From assembly GCA_965203905.1 (NCBI GenBank), contig CBDBDQ010000005.1, forward strand, positions 4,640,001-4,704,000: 64,000 bases of DNA. The letters are read 5' to 3'. The notes beneath the pieces were generated by a model that was given only the letters and a program-made list of their open reading frames with translations, did no database searches and had not been told where the DNA came from. A program made the translations under genes and the position numbers. Source of the DNA: Spirochaetia bacterium (GTDB taxonomy: Bacteria; Spirochaetota; Spirochaetia; SZUA-6; Bin103). This document shows positions 10,320 through 20,024 of this stretch, one piece after another. Within the stretch, counting starts at the first letter, position 1; every line of letters begins with the position of its first letter.

Positions 10320-11309
10320 CTACCCGCGGCTGGCGCGCTTGGCGCTGGCCTGCATCGACCGAGACGTCCGCCTGAGCGCTGGCGCACAGTCCGCCAGCGC
10401 GCGCATGGTGGCGTGTACGGTGGGCGTGGCCAGGGAGCCCCAGCGGCACCAGCACAGCAACTCGTCGACGCCGAGCGCGGCCAGACGGCGCAGCCTCCGG
10501 CGCAGCAGGTCCGCACTGCCGATCACGGTGCGTTGGCCGAGGTAGGCCGCCACCTCCTGGTCGGTCGGCGGCGGCTGCTCCACCATGCGATTGCGGTGCT
10601 CCAGCGTCCAGCGGATCGCGGAGCGGACCTGCGCCGGAGTTTCGTCGGCAGCCGCCGCCTCGTCGACTACGCAGATGCTGCGCAGGAGACCGAAGCGGCC
10701 CGGCCCTGCCGTGTCCGGGCTGGCACGGCCTTGGCGATATGCATGGAGGAGTCGCTCCGTCTGCCCTTCGTCGCCGAGGGTGAGCAGCCGGAACCCGCTG
10801 CGGGCCGCCCAGCTTGCGGTCTCGGGGGCGGCGCCGGTGACCGCGACCGGCGGGTGGGGGCGCTGGTGCGGGCGCAACCCCGGGCTGCCGCTCCAGTGGT
10901 CGATGACGGCGGCGACGGCGTCGCGGTGGCGCCGGTGGCGGTCATCGAAGTCGGCGCCCAGGTGGCGATACTCCACCGGCGAGTAGCCGGCGCCGAAGCC
11001 GGCGATCACGCGCCCGTCCGAGAGATGATCCACCGTGGCGATCTCGTCCGCCAGCCGGAGCGGATGATGCAGGGGCGTGACGTTCACCGCGTAGCCGATG
11101 GCGACCCGCTCGGTGCGGGCGGCGATGGCGGCCGCGATCACCGAGGGTGCCGCCGCCAGGCCGTAGGCGGAACCGTGATGCTCGGTTACCCACACGCTGT
11201 CGAACCCCAGGTGCTCGGCCAGCAGGGCGTCTTCCAGCGCATTGGCGAACACCTGTGTCTGCGACACGCCCGCCGGTTGCGGCAGGATGAGAAACAGCCC
11301 GAGGCGCAT
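10320..11309 (-). CDS. LLM-class flavin-dependent oxidoreductase
   Basis: GFDSVWVTEHH, HPLRLADEIATVDHLSDGR, PHQRPHPP. Confidence 0.9.
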   Translation of the reverse strand: MRLGLFLILPQPAGVSQTQVFANALEDALLAEHLGFDSVWVTEHHGSAYGLAAAPSVIAAAIAARTERVAIGYAVNVTPLHHPLRLADEIATVDHLSDGRVIAGFGAGYSPVEYRHLGADFDDRHRRHRDAVAAVIDHWSGSPGLRPHQRPHPPVAVTGAAPETASWAARSGFRLLTLGDEGQTERLLHAYRQGRASPDTAGPGRFGLLRSICVVDEAAAADETPAQVRSAIRWTLEHRNRMVEQPPPTDQEVAAYLGQRTVIGSADLLRRRLRRLAALGVDELLCWCRWGSLATPTVHATMRALADCAPALRRTSRSMQASAKRASRG

Positions 11310-11395
11310 GCGCAATTCTACACCGTGGCGCGCCGCGTCGGTGCCCGGTGTGTCCCCGGCTGGGCACTTCGGCGCCGGTATGGTAGGGGATAGGC

Positions 11396-12139
11396 GTGAA
11401 ACTGGCAGGCAAAAGAATCATCGTATCGGGCGCGGCTACCGGCATCGGCGCGGCCAGCGCGCGGCTGGTGGCGGCCGAGGGCGCCGCCGTGGCGGCCCTG
11501 GACATCAACGACGAAGACGGAGCGGTTACTGTGGCGGGAATCGTCGCGGGCGGGGGACGGGCCCGCTACTGGCACACGGACGTGCGCCGCGCCGACGAGG
11601 TGGCGGCCGGCGTCGGCGCCGCGATCGAGTGGCTGGGCGGCGGCGTCGACGTGCTGCTGCACCTGGCGGGGGTACTGCAGGGCGCCGCGGTCGACCTCAC
11701 CGAGTTCTCCGACACGGTGTGGGACGAAGTGCTGGACGTGAACCTCAAGGGCTCCTACCTGGTGAGCAAGCAGGTGGCGGCAGCGATGATCGCAGCCGGG
11801 GCGGGGGTGATCGTGCTGTGCAGCTCCGGCGCCGGCGTGATCGGCGGCAGCTCGTCGTTCGCCTACGGCTCCAGCAAGGGCGCCACCCACGGCCTCGGCA
11901 TGGTGCTGGCCCAGCGCCTGGCGCCGCACGGCATCCGGGTGCATGACGTCTGCCCCGGCTCCGTCGACACGCCGCTGAAGGTGGCGCAGTTGCGGGAGGT
12001 ATACCGCCACGACGGCGACCGCGCGCAGTACGAGCATGCGTTGCGGCAGCTCATTCCGCCGGAGGGGATCGCTCCGGTGTTCGCCTTCCTGGCCTCCGAC
12101 GAGGCGCGCTACGTGCGCGGCTCCATCTTCACGCACTGA
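11396..12139 (+). CDS. SDR family oxidoreductase
   Basis: SGAATGIG, YGSSK, PGSVDT. Confidence 0.93.
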   Translation: MKLAGKRIIVSGAATGIGAASARLVAAEGAAVAALDINDEDGAVTVAGIVAGGGRARYWHTDVRRADEVAAGVGAAIEWLGGGVDVLLHLAGVLQGAAVDLTEFSDTVWDEVLDVNLKGSYLVSKQVAAAMIAAGAGVIVLCSSGAGVIGGSSSFAYGSSKGATHGLGMVLAQRLAPHGIRVHDVCPGSVDTPLKVAQLREVYRHDGDRAQYEHALRQLIPPEGIAPVFAFLASDEARYVRGSIFTH

Positions 12140-12202
12140 GCTTCGAATGCCGCGCCGGCCCGCGGTCGTAACGCGGCGCCCTCCTGGCATAGAGTTGGCG
12201 CC

Positions 12203-13270
12203 ATGCCGACCTTCACCGCGCATCAGCTCGCCGAGACCGTCACTCGTATCTTCAGCGCCGCCGGGACGCCGCCGGCCAAGGCGCGCACCGTTGCCGAGCT
12301 GCTCATCGACGCCAACCTGACCGGCCACGACTCCCACGGCGTGATCCGCGTGCCGCAATATCTCGACAGCATGGCCAAGGGCGATATCGACCCCAACGCC
12401 GGCGTCGAGGTGGTGCGCGAGGGATCCGCGACCGCGCTGCTGGACGGGCACTGGGACTTCGGCCAGGTCACCATGACCCGCGCCGTGGAAGTGGTGCTGG
12501 AAAAAACCCGGGCCCATGGGCTGGGCGCTGTTGCCGTACGGGGCGCGAACCACATCGGCCGTCTCGGCAGCTACGTCGACAGCATTGCGCGGCACGACAT
12601 GATCGCGTTGCTCTACGTCAATGCGGTGGGCATACCGGCGTACCGGATGGCACCGTGGGGCGGCACCGAGTCGCGCCTGGCCACCGACCCGCTGGCCAAG
12701 GGAATCCCCACCTCGTCCGGCGAGCCGATCGTCATGGACATGACCACCACCGTGGTGGCCGAGGGCAAGGTGCGGCTCAAGCGCAACCGCGGCGAAGCGG
12801 CCCCCGACGGCTGGCTGCTGGATGCCGCCGGAACCCCGACCAATGACCCGCGCGTGCTGTACGAAGAACCGCGCGGCAGCATTCAGCCCCTGGGCGGCGT
12901 CACCGCCGGCCACAAGGGCTACGGGCTCAACGTGGCGATCGAGCTGCTGGCCGGGGCGTTGACCGGAAACGGCTGCATCGGGCGTGAGGGCAGCCAGCTC
13001 AGCAACGGCGTGCTGCTGCTGGCACTCAGCATCACCGAGTTCGGTACCCGCGAAGAGTTCCACGCCGAGGCGGACCGCTTCATCGCCTTCGTCAAGTCTT
13101 CGCCGCCGGCCGCGGGCTTCGACGCCGTGCTGATGCCGGGTGAGATCGAAGCCGCCACCCGCCGGCAGCGCCTGCAGGAGGGCATCTTCGTGGAGCCGGA
13201 GACCTGGCGGCAGATCGCCGATCGCAGCACCGAGCTGGGCCTGGAGTTGGCTACGAATCGAGGTCGGTAA
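12203..13270 (+). CDS. Ldh_2 family (malate/L-lactate/ureidoglycolate-type) dehydrogenase
   Basis: GHDSHG, NHIGRLG, GHKGYGL, MPGE. Confidence 0.92.
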   Translation: MPTFTAHQLAETVTRIFSAAGTPPAKARTVAELLIDANLTGHDSHGVIRVPQYLDSMAKGDIDPNAGVEVVREGSATALLDGHWDFGQVTMTRAVEVVLEKTRAHGLGAVAVRGANHIGRLGSYVDSIARHDMIALLYVNAVGIPAYRMAPWGGTESRLATDPLAKGIPTSSGEPIVMDMTTTVVAEGKVRLKRNRGEAAPDGWLLDAAGTPTNDPRVLYEEPRGSIQPLGGVTAGHKGYGLNVAIELLAGALTGNGCIGREGSQLSNGVLLLALSITEFGTREEFHAEADRFIAFVKSSPPAAGFDAVLMPGEIEAATRRQRLQEGIFVEPETWRQIADRSTELGLELATNRGR

Positions 13271-13550
13271 GATAGGGTGTGGGTCGGGCTGCAGTCAGGC
13301 TGGTGAGGCGGGATCGAAGCAAGCCAGAACTCGGTGGCGGTGTCGGCATCGAAGCGCGCCGCAGCAGTGCCCGTTGCTGGTCGACACCCTGCACAACGCC
13401 CTGTGCGCGGCCTTCCCGGAGCCGACACCCTTCTCGGGGCCTCGGGGGATAGTAGGTTGTCAACGCTCAGAACCTCTCGCTACATTGCTCCATGAGCGCG
13501 GGACGCCGACATCCGCCCAGGCCGCGCGCGTCACCGCGGCCGCCTCGGCG

Positions 13551-13579
13551 TTGACGAGTGGCGTGGGGAAGGCCATCCT
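13551..13579 (+). promoter_or_regulatory. Candidate sigma70 promoter of SLATT-like gene
   Basis: TTGACG-17 nt-CATCCT, followed by GGGAGG RBS. Confidence 0.4.
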
Positions 13580-13596
13580 GAATCAGGGAGGCATTC

Positions 13597-14097
13597 ATGG
13601 TTTCTCAGGCGAATAGGCGCCAAGCATGGCTACTGCTGTGGGAAGCAAACCATCTGGTCAGATACTGGACCGGAATCCACCAGAAGATGTCCACACGTCA
13701 CCGCTGGATACTTGGCGGCCAAGCGGTGCTTGCGGCTGGGGCCGGCACCGCTCTCGTGGCGGAGGTGGTCTCCTGGATCGCCGTGGTAGCAAATGTGGGC
13801 GTGGTGGCATTCATGGTCTCGTCTATGGTCAGAGATCATTCTGGCAAGCTCTGGGCGGTCCGGGAGGTGAGGGCGCGCTGCGACAGGGTACAGCGCGAGG
13901 CACGCATGCTCTGGACACGGATCCAGAACGACAGCGTTTCAGATCAGATCGTGGAGGAACGATGGGCCGATTTGCAGCGGGAACTCGACGAAGCTACCGG
14001 GACCATGGCGGACTTGGCGACCAAGGAAGACTTGAACATCCAGGCGGCGCAAGAGGCCACCTCCATTCTCGAGCAGGAATACGCAAGACAGAATTGA
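13597..14097 (+). CDS. Two-TM membrane protein, SLATT-like
   Basis: N-helix, two adjacent TM segments, C-terminal helical region; good RBS; lower GC than flanks. Confidence 0.55.
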   Translation: MVSQANRRQAWLLLWEANHLVRYWTGIHQKMSTRHRWILGGQAVLAAGAGTALVAEVVSWIAVVANVGVVAFMVSSMVRDHSGKLWAVREVRARCDRVQREARMLWTRIQNDSVSDQIVEERWADLQRELDEATGTMADLATKEDLNIQAAQEATSILEQEYARQN

Positions 14098-14240
14098 ACA
14101 CGGACTTTACCAAGAGCCTGCCGCGGCGGCCGGCGACCGTACCACTACCGGCGGTCCCCCCGCCTGAGACGCGACCGGCGAATCCTCAGAAGCCGGCCCG
14201 CCCGCCCACCAAGCCGGCTCAAACCGAACGCGACAAATAG
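14094..14240 (+). CDS. Small proline-rich peptide (48 aa)
   Basis: TTG overlaps upstream TGA (TTGA); MNTDFTKSLPRRPATVPLPAVPPPETRP... Confidence 0.4.
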   Translation: MNTDFTKSLPRRPATVPLPAVPPPETRPANPQKPARPPTKPAQTERDK

Positions 14241-14345
14241 AAACACCCAGGGAACAACAACGCCGCGCCCAGGTAAAGAGAGTGGCTGGCAGCCCCAAAT
14301 TGCGGATGTCCAATTCGACGCTGCCGGCAGCGCGGCGGCTCAGCA

Positions 14346-15644
14346 TCAGCGGTCGGCCCAGGCCGCGCCGTGGGGGTACTCGTAGCGGTCGAGTGAGGCC
14401 GGCTGCATGGTGATGCTGTAGCCGGGCGCCTCCGGCAGCACGTAGCGCGCGTCACGGATCACCACGGGGTCGACGAAGTGCTCGTGCAGGTGGTCGGAGT
14501 ACTCGATCAGCACGCCCTCCAGGCTCGGCGCCACCGCCACGTAGTGGAACGCCGACAGGTGCTGGACGTACTCGCACAGACCGACGCCCCCGGCGTGCGG
14601 GCATACCGGGATGCCGAACTTCGCCGCCAGCAGCAACACCGCCAGCACCTCGTTCACGCCGCCGAGGCGGCAGGCGTCCACCTGGCAGAAGGCCATGCCG
14701 CCCGCCTGCATGAGCTGCTTGAACACCACCCGGTTGGGGCAGTGCTCGCCGGTGGCCACACCGATGGGGGCGATCGCGCGGGCGATGGCGCCGTGACCCA
14801 TGGCGTCGTCGGGAAAGGTCGGCTCCTCGATCCACAGCGGATCGAACTGTGCCAGCGGTGCCATGTGGGCGATCGCCTCCGGTACGTCCCACACCTGGTT
14901 GGCGTCGAACATCAGGTGGCAGTCGCCGCCCAGCGCCTCGCGCATCACCGCGGCGCGGCGCACGTTCTGGGCGTCGTCCGACCCCACCTTCATCTTGAAC
15001 GCGCGCCAGCCGCCCGCGCGGTACTGCCCGCACAGCGCCCGCACCTTCTCCTCGCTGTAGCCCAGCCAGCCGGCGGACGAGGTGTAGGTGGGCAGCCCGA
15101 TGCGGCGCAGCTCGGCGGTGCGCTGCGTCTTGCCGGGAGCGTGCTCGCGCAGCAGTTCCAGCGCCTCCTCGGGCGTGAGGGCATCGGTGAGGTAGCGGAA
15201 GTCGACGCAGGCGACCAGTTGCTCGGGAGTCATCTCCGCCAGCAGCCGCCACAGCGGCTTGCCCTCGTGCTTGGCGTACAGGTCCCACACCGCGTTGACC
15301 AGCGCCGCGGTGGCCAGGTGGATGGCGCCCTTCTCCGGTCCGATCCAGCGCAGCTGGCTGTCGTTGGTCAGGGCCCGCCAGAAGGCGCGCAGATCGGCGC
15401 TGATCTGCTCCAGGGTGCGGCCGACCACGAGGTGCTGCAGGGCGTGTACCGCGGCGATGCAGATCTCGGTGCCGCGCCCCAGGGTGAAGGTGATGCCGTG
15501 GCCTTCCAGTCCCACTTGGTCGGTATACAGGACGACGTAAGCGGCCGAGTAGTCGGGGTCGGTGTGCACCGCGTCCGAGCCGTCCAGGTTGGCGGAGGTG
15601 GGGAAGCGGATGTCGCGGACGGTGAGATGGGTAATGGTTGCCAT
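14346..15644 (-). CDS. L-fuconate dehydratase (enolase superfamily)
   Basis: DGSDAVHTDPDYSAAYV, LRWIGPEKG, KMKVG, DANQ, WIEEP, CPHAGGVGLCE; TAATG overlap with upstream gene. Confidence 0.92.
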   Translation of the reverse strand: MATITHLTVRDIRFPTSANLDGSDAVHTDPDYSAAYVVLYTDQVGLEGHGITFTLGRGTEICIAAVHALQHLVVGRTLEQISADLRAFWRALTNDSQLRWIGPEKGAIHLATAALVNAVWDLYAKHEGKPLWRLLAEMTPEQLVACVDFRYLTDALTPEEALELLREHAPGKTQRTAELRRIGLPTYTSSAGWLGYSEEKVRALCGQYRAGGWRAFKMKVGSDDAQNVRRAAVMREALGGDCHLMFDANQVWDVPEAIAHMAPLAQFDPLWIEEPTFPDDAMGHGAIARAIAPIGVATGEHCPNRVVFKQLMQAGGMAFCQVDACRLGGVNEVLAVLLLAAKFGIPVCPHAGGVGLCEYVQHLSAFHYVAVAPSLEGVLIEYSDHLHEHFVDPVVIRDARYVLPEAPGYSITMQPASLDRYEYPHGAAWADR

Positions 15645-16648
15645 TACTGATCCTCGGCAGTGGAGGTGAGCCAGCCGCGTACCCGCGGATGGTCGAGCGC
15701 CTCCGGGTTGAGCACGTGCGCCGGCCGGCGTCCGGCGACGGCGGCGTTCACCTGCTGGAAGGTGGCAGCGTCGAGCCGAGCCGACGACTCGACGGTGATG
15801 CCGGCGCTGTGGTTGGTGGCGATGATGCGCGGATGATCGCGGTGGATCGCACGCGGCCCGTTCACGGGATCGTCGACCACGTAGTAGTACAACTGCTCCT
15901 GCTCCACGGCTCGGTGCACCGCTTCGTCGTCGACCAGATTGCCGCGCGAGGGGTTGATCAGCGACGCGTGCGGCCGCATCAGCTCCAGCAGATCCCGGCC
16001 AACGATGGTGGTGTCGCCGGAGACGTGCAGCGAGACGGTGTCGCACTCGCGGAACAGCACCTCCGGGGACGGCACCGCCTCGGCACCCGACTTCGCGGCG
16101 AGCTGGCCGATGTCGGGACGGATGTCGTACACCAGCAGCCGGCCGGCCGGACCGAGCAGCGGAACCGCCCGCTGGGCCACCTCCTGGCCGATGCGGCCGA
16201 AGCCGTACAGGCCGAGGGTCGAGCCCTGCACGTCGAAGCAGCGCAGCACCCGCGTATCGTCGCGATGCGCGTTGCGGTTGAGCGTGTAGGTGCGTTTCAT
16301 GGTGGCGAACCACTGTGCGATGGTGTACTCGGCCACGCTGTCCATGTGTACGGGGGTGATGGTGATCAGCACGCCGTGGCGCGTGGCCGCCGCGACGTTG
16401 ACCTGATCGAACCCCACCCCCCAGCGCGCCACCACGCGGAGGTCGGCGGCGGCGGCGTAGAAGCTGTCGCGGAACGGCGCCGAGTCGGCGATCACGGCGA
16501 TCACGCCGGGGGCTTCGGCGGCGGTCAGCTCGGCCGGCTGCTCCTCCACCGTGGCCAGGGTGGCCAGTTGTTCCAGCCCGGCGCTGCGCGCGGGCGAGGC
16601 GAACTCCGGGTTGCGGAGCTGGCGGGTCACGTAGATGCGGCTTCCCAT
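15644..16648 (-). CDS. D-isomer-specific 2-hydroxyacid dehydrogenase
   Basis: RWGVGFD, GFGRIG, INPSRG, NHSAG. Confidence 0.88.
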   Translation of the reverse strand: MGSRIYVTRQLRNPEFASPARSAGLEQLATLATVEEQPAELTAAEAPGVIAVIADSAPFRDSFYAAAADLRVVARWGVGFDQVNVAAATRHGVLITITPVHMDSVAEYTIAQWFATMKRTYTLNRNAHRDDTRVLRCFDVQGSTLGLYGFGRIGQEVAQRAVPLLGPAGRLLVYDIRPDIGQLAAKSGAEAVPSPEVLFRECDTVSLHVSGDTTIVGRDLLELMRPHASLINPSRGNLVDDEAVHRAVEQEQLYYYVVDDPVNGPRAIHRDHPRIIATNHSAGITVESSARLDAATFQQVNAAVAGRRPAHVLNPEALDHPRVRGWLTSTAEDQ

Positions 16649-16763
16649 GTCGCCCCTATCATGCCCGGGATCGACCGGGCGCCGCGACCGCCCGCGGCCG
16701 GAACCCGGCCGCTACGCAAGGGCGGGCAACGCGAGCGCGCGGATGCGCCCGCCGCGGCACGCG

Positions 16764-17795
16764 CTACAGCCCCGCTACGGCAGCGGCCTGACCCGTCTCC
16801 AGGCTGCGGTGGACCGCGGCGGTGAACTCCATGTACTGCACACCGTCGGCGAAGCGGGTATGCGACACTTCCTCATGCCCGCGAATGGCGCTGATGAACT
16901 CTTCCTCCACCCGCCAGGCGCCGCCGTCATCCGGCGCGATGGTGACCGGGGCAAGCGCGCTGTCGCCGCGCGCGCCGTAGTGCAGGCCGCCGTCGGCATC
17001 GCGGTGCAGGGTTCCCTCGCTGCCGCAGAGCCACGCTCCGCTGGGCCGCAGACCGGTCACCTGCGACACCTGCATGCGCAACTGGGCACCGCACGCCAAG
17101 TCGCCGAGCAGGTCGATGTGGTCGGGGATCGGGACCGCCCGGCGCACCCCGCCGGCGTCCGGGCGCATCGACACGAAGGTGCGGGCGAACGCGGCCACCC
17201 GCGTGGCCGGCCCGGCCCAGCGCATCATCGCCTCGTACCAGATGCCCAGGGTCATGATGTTGAGGCCGCTCAGCTCGCGCTGGTGGCGCCAATGCAGCGG
17301 CCCCTCGGTGCGAAACGTGCTGCTGTCGATCAACTCCACCGCCAGCAGGTCGCCCAGGCGCCCCTCGGCCAGGTAGCGGCGAATGGTGCCGTCCTCTCCC
17401 AGGGTGTGCGGGGCGGGCACGATCTGGGCCACCAGCTCGGGCCGACCCCGACTCGCCGCCAGCATGGCGCGCGCCTCGCCGGCGTTCATCGCCATGCGCG
17501 CCTCGCACAGCACGTGCTTGCCCGCCGCCAGCGCCGCCAGCGTGATGGGGCAGTGCAGATAGGGCCAGGTGCCGATCACGATGGCGTCGCTATCGTCCGC
17601 CGCCACCAGCTCCGGCCAGCTCTCGTACACCGCGCCGATCCCGAACTGCTGCGCCACGCGCTCGGACGACTCCCGACTGCGGTTGCAGACGCTGCCAAGC
17701 TCAACGTCCGGCTGCTCCAGCAGCCCCGGCAGATGCCGGCTCACCGTGTTGGCGCCGGCGCCCACCACGCCGACCCGTATCGTACTGGTTCCCAT
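16764..17795 (-). CDS. Gfo/Idh/MocA oxidoreductase
   Basis: VGVVGAG, AGKHVLCEARMA. Confidence 0.9.
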   Translation of the reverse strand: MGTSTIRVGVVGAGANTVSRHLPGLLEQPDVELGSVCNRSRESSERVAQQFGIGAVYESWPELVAADDSDAIVIGTWPYLHCPITLAALAAGKHVLCEARMAMNAGEARAMLAASRGRPELVAQIVPAPHTLGEDGTIRRYLAEGRLGDLLAVELIDSSTFRTEGPLHWRHQRELSGLNIMTLGIWYEAMMRWAGPATRVAAFARTFVSMRPDAGGVRRAVPIPDHIDLLGDLACGAQLRMQVSQVTGLRPSGAWLCGSEGTLHRDADGGLHYGARGDSALAPVTIAPDDGGAWRVEEEFISAIRGHEEVSHTRFADGVQYMEFTAAVHRSLETGQAAAVAGL

Positions 17796-17909
17796 GGTTG
17801 CCAGCATAAGCCGCGGCGCTCCCCTTACGCCACCCTTCCAGCGGCGACGTGAGTCGCGCATCGTCCCGTGCTACTGTGAAGCGATGACGGTCAGCAGGGC
17901 GGCACGCGC

Positions 17910-18278
17910 GTGAGACGCTCCCGCGGCGGCGACGGTTTCGTCTACTCCAGTGAGCAGGGGCGGCTGTGCCCGCGCTGCGGCAGGGCCGTTGCCGAGTGTG
18001 TCTGTGCCGGCGAGCGGCGGCAGCGGCGGCCCTCCGCCGGCGGCCCGGTACGGGTGAGCCGCCAGACCAAGGGGCGCAAGGGCAAGGGGGTGACCGTGAT
18101 CACCGGTCTTCCGCTGAGCGACGCGGAGCTCGCCGAGTTGGGAGCCGCCCTCAAGCGCCGCTGCGGCTCGGGCGGTACGGTCAAGGCGGGGTGCATAGAG
18201 ATTCAGGGCGACCACCGCGATGTGATCGTGGCCGAGCTTGCGGCGCGGGGCTGGGCGGCCAAGCGCGCGGGAGGCTGA
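17910..18278 (+). CDS. yciH: SUI1-family translation factor (YciH)
   Basis: VYSS..G, CxxC, TKGRKGKGVTVI, LKRRCGSGGTVK, IEIQGDHRD. Confidence 0.9.
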   Translation: MRRSRGGDGFVYSSEQGRLCPRCGRAVAECVCAGERRQRRPSAGGPVRVSRQTKGRKGKGVTVITGLPLSDAELAELGAALKRRCGSGGTVKAGCIEIQGDHRDVIVAELAARGWAAKRAGG

Positions 18279-19718
18279 CTACCGGCTCGGCGGAGAGGGA
18301 GTGAACCAGACGCGGGTGACGGCGCTGAAGCCGCTGGTTCCGGACTTGCGCGCCAGGATGGCGAAACCGGCCGCCACCAGCGCGAGGTAGCACAGCAGCA
18401 CGGCCAGCGCTATGAAGTACAGGTTGGAGTTGCCGGTGGCGTAGGCCAGGGCCGGGAAGCCCATGATCAGGATCAGGGGCAGCACCAGGAAGAAGGTGAG
18501 CGCTGAGGCGTACATGTAATCGGACGCTGCGGGGGTCTTGAACTCCGGGTCGAGGGCGCGCAGCAGCGCCAGTCCGGTGCTCAGGGTGCCGGTGAGGGCT
18601 CCCCAGAACAGGATGACACGCTCGAAGGCATGGTCGTGGGCGAACAGCCGCGAGCTGAGCCAGAGGATGGTCAGCGCGGCCACGCCCGCCACCAACCCCG
18701 CGAACACCACGATCGGCAGCCAGTTGGCGCGCACCAGGGTCAGCGAGATGGCGCCCAGGGCGGCGGCTACCATGAAGTCCACCGCGCTGCCGCTGATGCG
18801 GGTAAGCCCGCGTTGCTCCAGTAGATAGCCGCGTCCCGTGGCGCCCAGCAGGGCCTTGACCAGCAGCGCCACCAGCAGGCCGAACACGAACGTGATCCCC
18901 CAGAGGCCTTCGCCGACCTGCGCCACGGCGCCGCCCATCGGCACCAGCAGCGCGGTGAGGCCGCGCAGCAGCAGGTGGGTGACCAGGTACACCGCGAACA
19001 CCGCGGCCAGCATCAATGACAGGGTATCGATCGCCTCGCTGTGGGTGGTCTGGCGGAGCCCGACCGGCTGCTCGTCACGTGGCGCCAGCAGACCGCTGTG
19101 GGAGCGCCGGGCCTGGATCTGCTGCGGGCTCAGATCGACGTAGCGGCGCCGCAGGCCGAGGTTGATCAGCCACACGCCGCCGAAGCAGGCCACCAGAAAG
19201 CCGATCGCACCGAAGATCAGGCCCAGCCCGCCGGCGCCGGCAAAGCCCTGGTCCTGCCAGCTCAGGCCGATCGAGAACGCCTGTCCCGGTCCCAGCGTGT
19301 AGCCCAGGGTGACCAGGAAGCCGTAACTCGGAAACAGCGCCGGAAGCAGCGGCAACCCGATGAACAGGAAGGTAAGCGCGTAGCCGAGCAGTCCCTGGAT
19401 GGTGAACTGGGAGATGATCACGGTGGCGGTGCCGAGTACCGCCAGCGACTGCCGCCGTCGCCGCGGGGTGGGCCGCAGCGCGATGGCGATGAAGGTGATG
19501 TTGAGCAGGTGGAACACCAGGTTCTCCAGGCCCTGCCGGCCGATCCCCAGGTGCGGCGCGATCCAGTTGTAGAACGGCAGCAGCAACAGCCCGGCGATGA
19601 TGGCGTTGGGGATCAGGTAGGCCTGGAAGAAGCGGACCCTGGCCCGGATCAGTGTCGCCGCGCACAGCGCCAGGGCGATGATCCCCAGGTCGATGAACAG
19701 TGACCACTCGAAGTTCAC
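18279..19718 (-). CDS. Sodium/glutamate symporter family (GltS-like)
   Basis: About 12 TM; IPNAIIAG, GPGQA, GALTGTLSTGLALLRALDPEFKTPA. Confidence 0.8.
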   Translation of the reverse strand: MNFEWSLFIDLGIIALALCAATLIRARVRFFQAYLIPNAIIAGLLLLPFYNWIAPHLGIGRQGLENLVFHLLNITFIAIALRPTPRRRRQSLAVLGTATVIISQFTIQGLLGYALTFLFIGLPLLPALFPSYGFLVTLGYTLGPGQAFSIGLSWQDQGFAGAGGLGLIFGAIGFLVACFGGVWLINLGLRRRYVDLSPQQIQARRSHSGLLAPRDEQPVGLRQTTHSEAIDTLSLMLAAVFAVYLVTHLLLRGLTALLVPMGGAVAQVGEGLWGITFVFGLLVALLVKALLGATGRGYLLEQRGLTRISGSAVDFMVAAALGAISLTLVRANWLPIVVFAGLVAGVAALTILWLSSRLFAHDHAFERVILFWGALTGTLSTGLALLRALDPEFKTPAASDYMYASALTFFLVLPLILIMGFPALAYATGNSNLYFIALAVLLCYLALVAAGFAILARKSGTSGFSAVTRVWFTPSPPSR

Positions 19719-19793
19719 GCCGGTAAGGGTAGCAGGAACGTGGTCCCGTGGTGGCGGTTACAACTGTTACCCCGGCGTGGCCGGGGTAACCGC

Positions 19794-20024
19794 TCAACTC
19801 GCGTCGCGCTTGGGGCGGCGCCGGGTCTTGGCGGAGCGCGCCTGCCGCAGGCGCTGCGGACCCTGCCTGCGCAGCTTGGCGAAGGACTGGTAGAGGGCCT
19901 CCAGGCGGTCCAGCAGGAGCTGATCCACGATCAGCTCCTGGTCCGCAGCCGCCTCCTCGAGATGGGCGACGTAGTCGCGCACCCTGGTGTTGACGTTGGC
20001 GGCCGGGTGCTCAGCGCCACTCAT
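19794..20024 (-). CDS. Hypothetical protein (76 aa), coupled to selenoprotein gene
   Basis: Start overlaps end of upstream CDS; helical acidic core, basic tail. Confidence 0.5.
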   Translation of the reverse strand: MSGAEHPAANVNTRVRDYVAHLEEAAADQELIVDQLLLDRLEALYQSFAKLRRQGPQRLRQARSAKTRRRPKRDAS

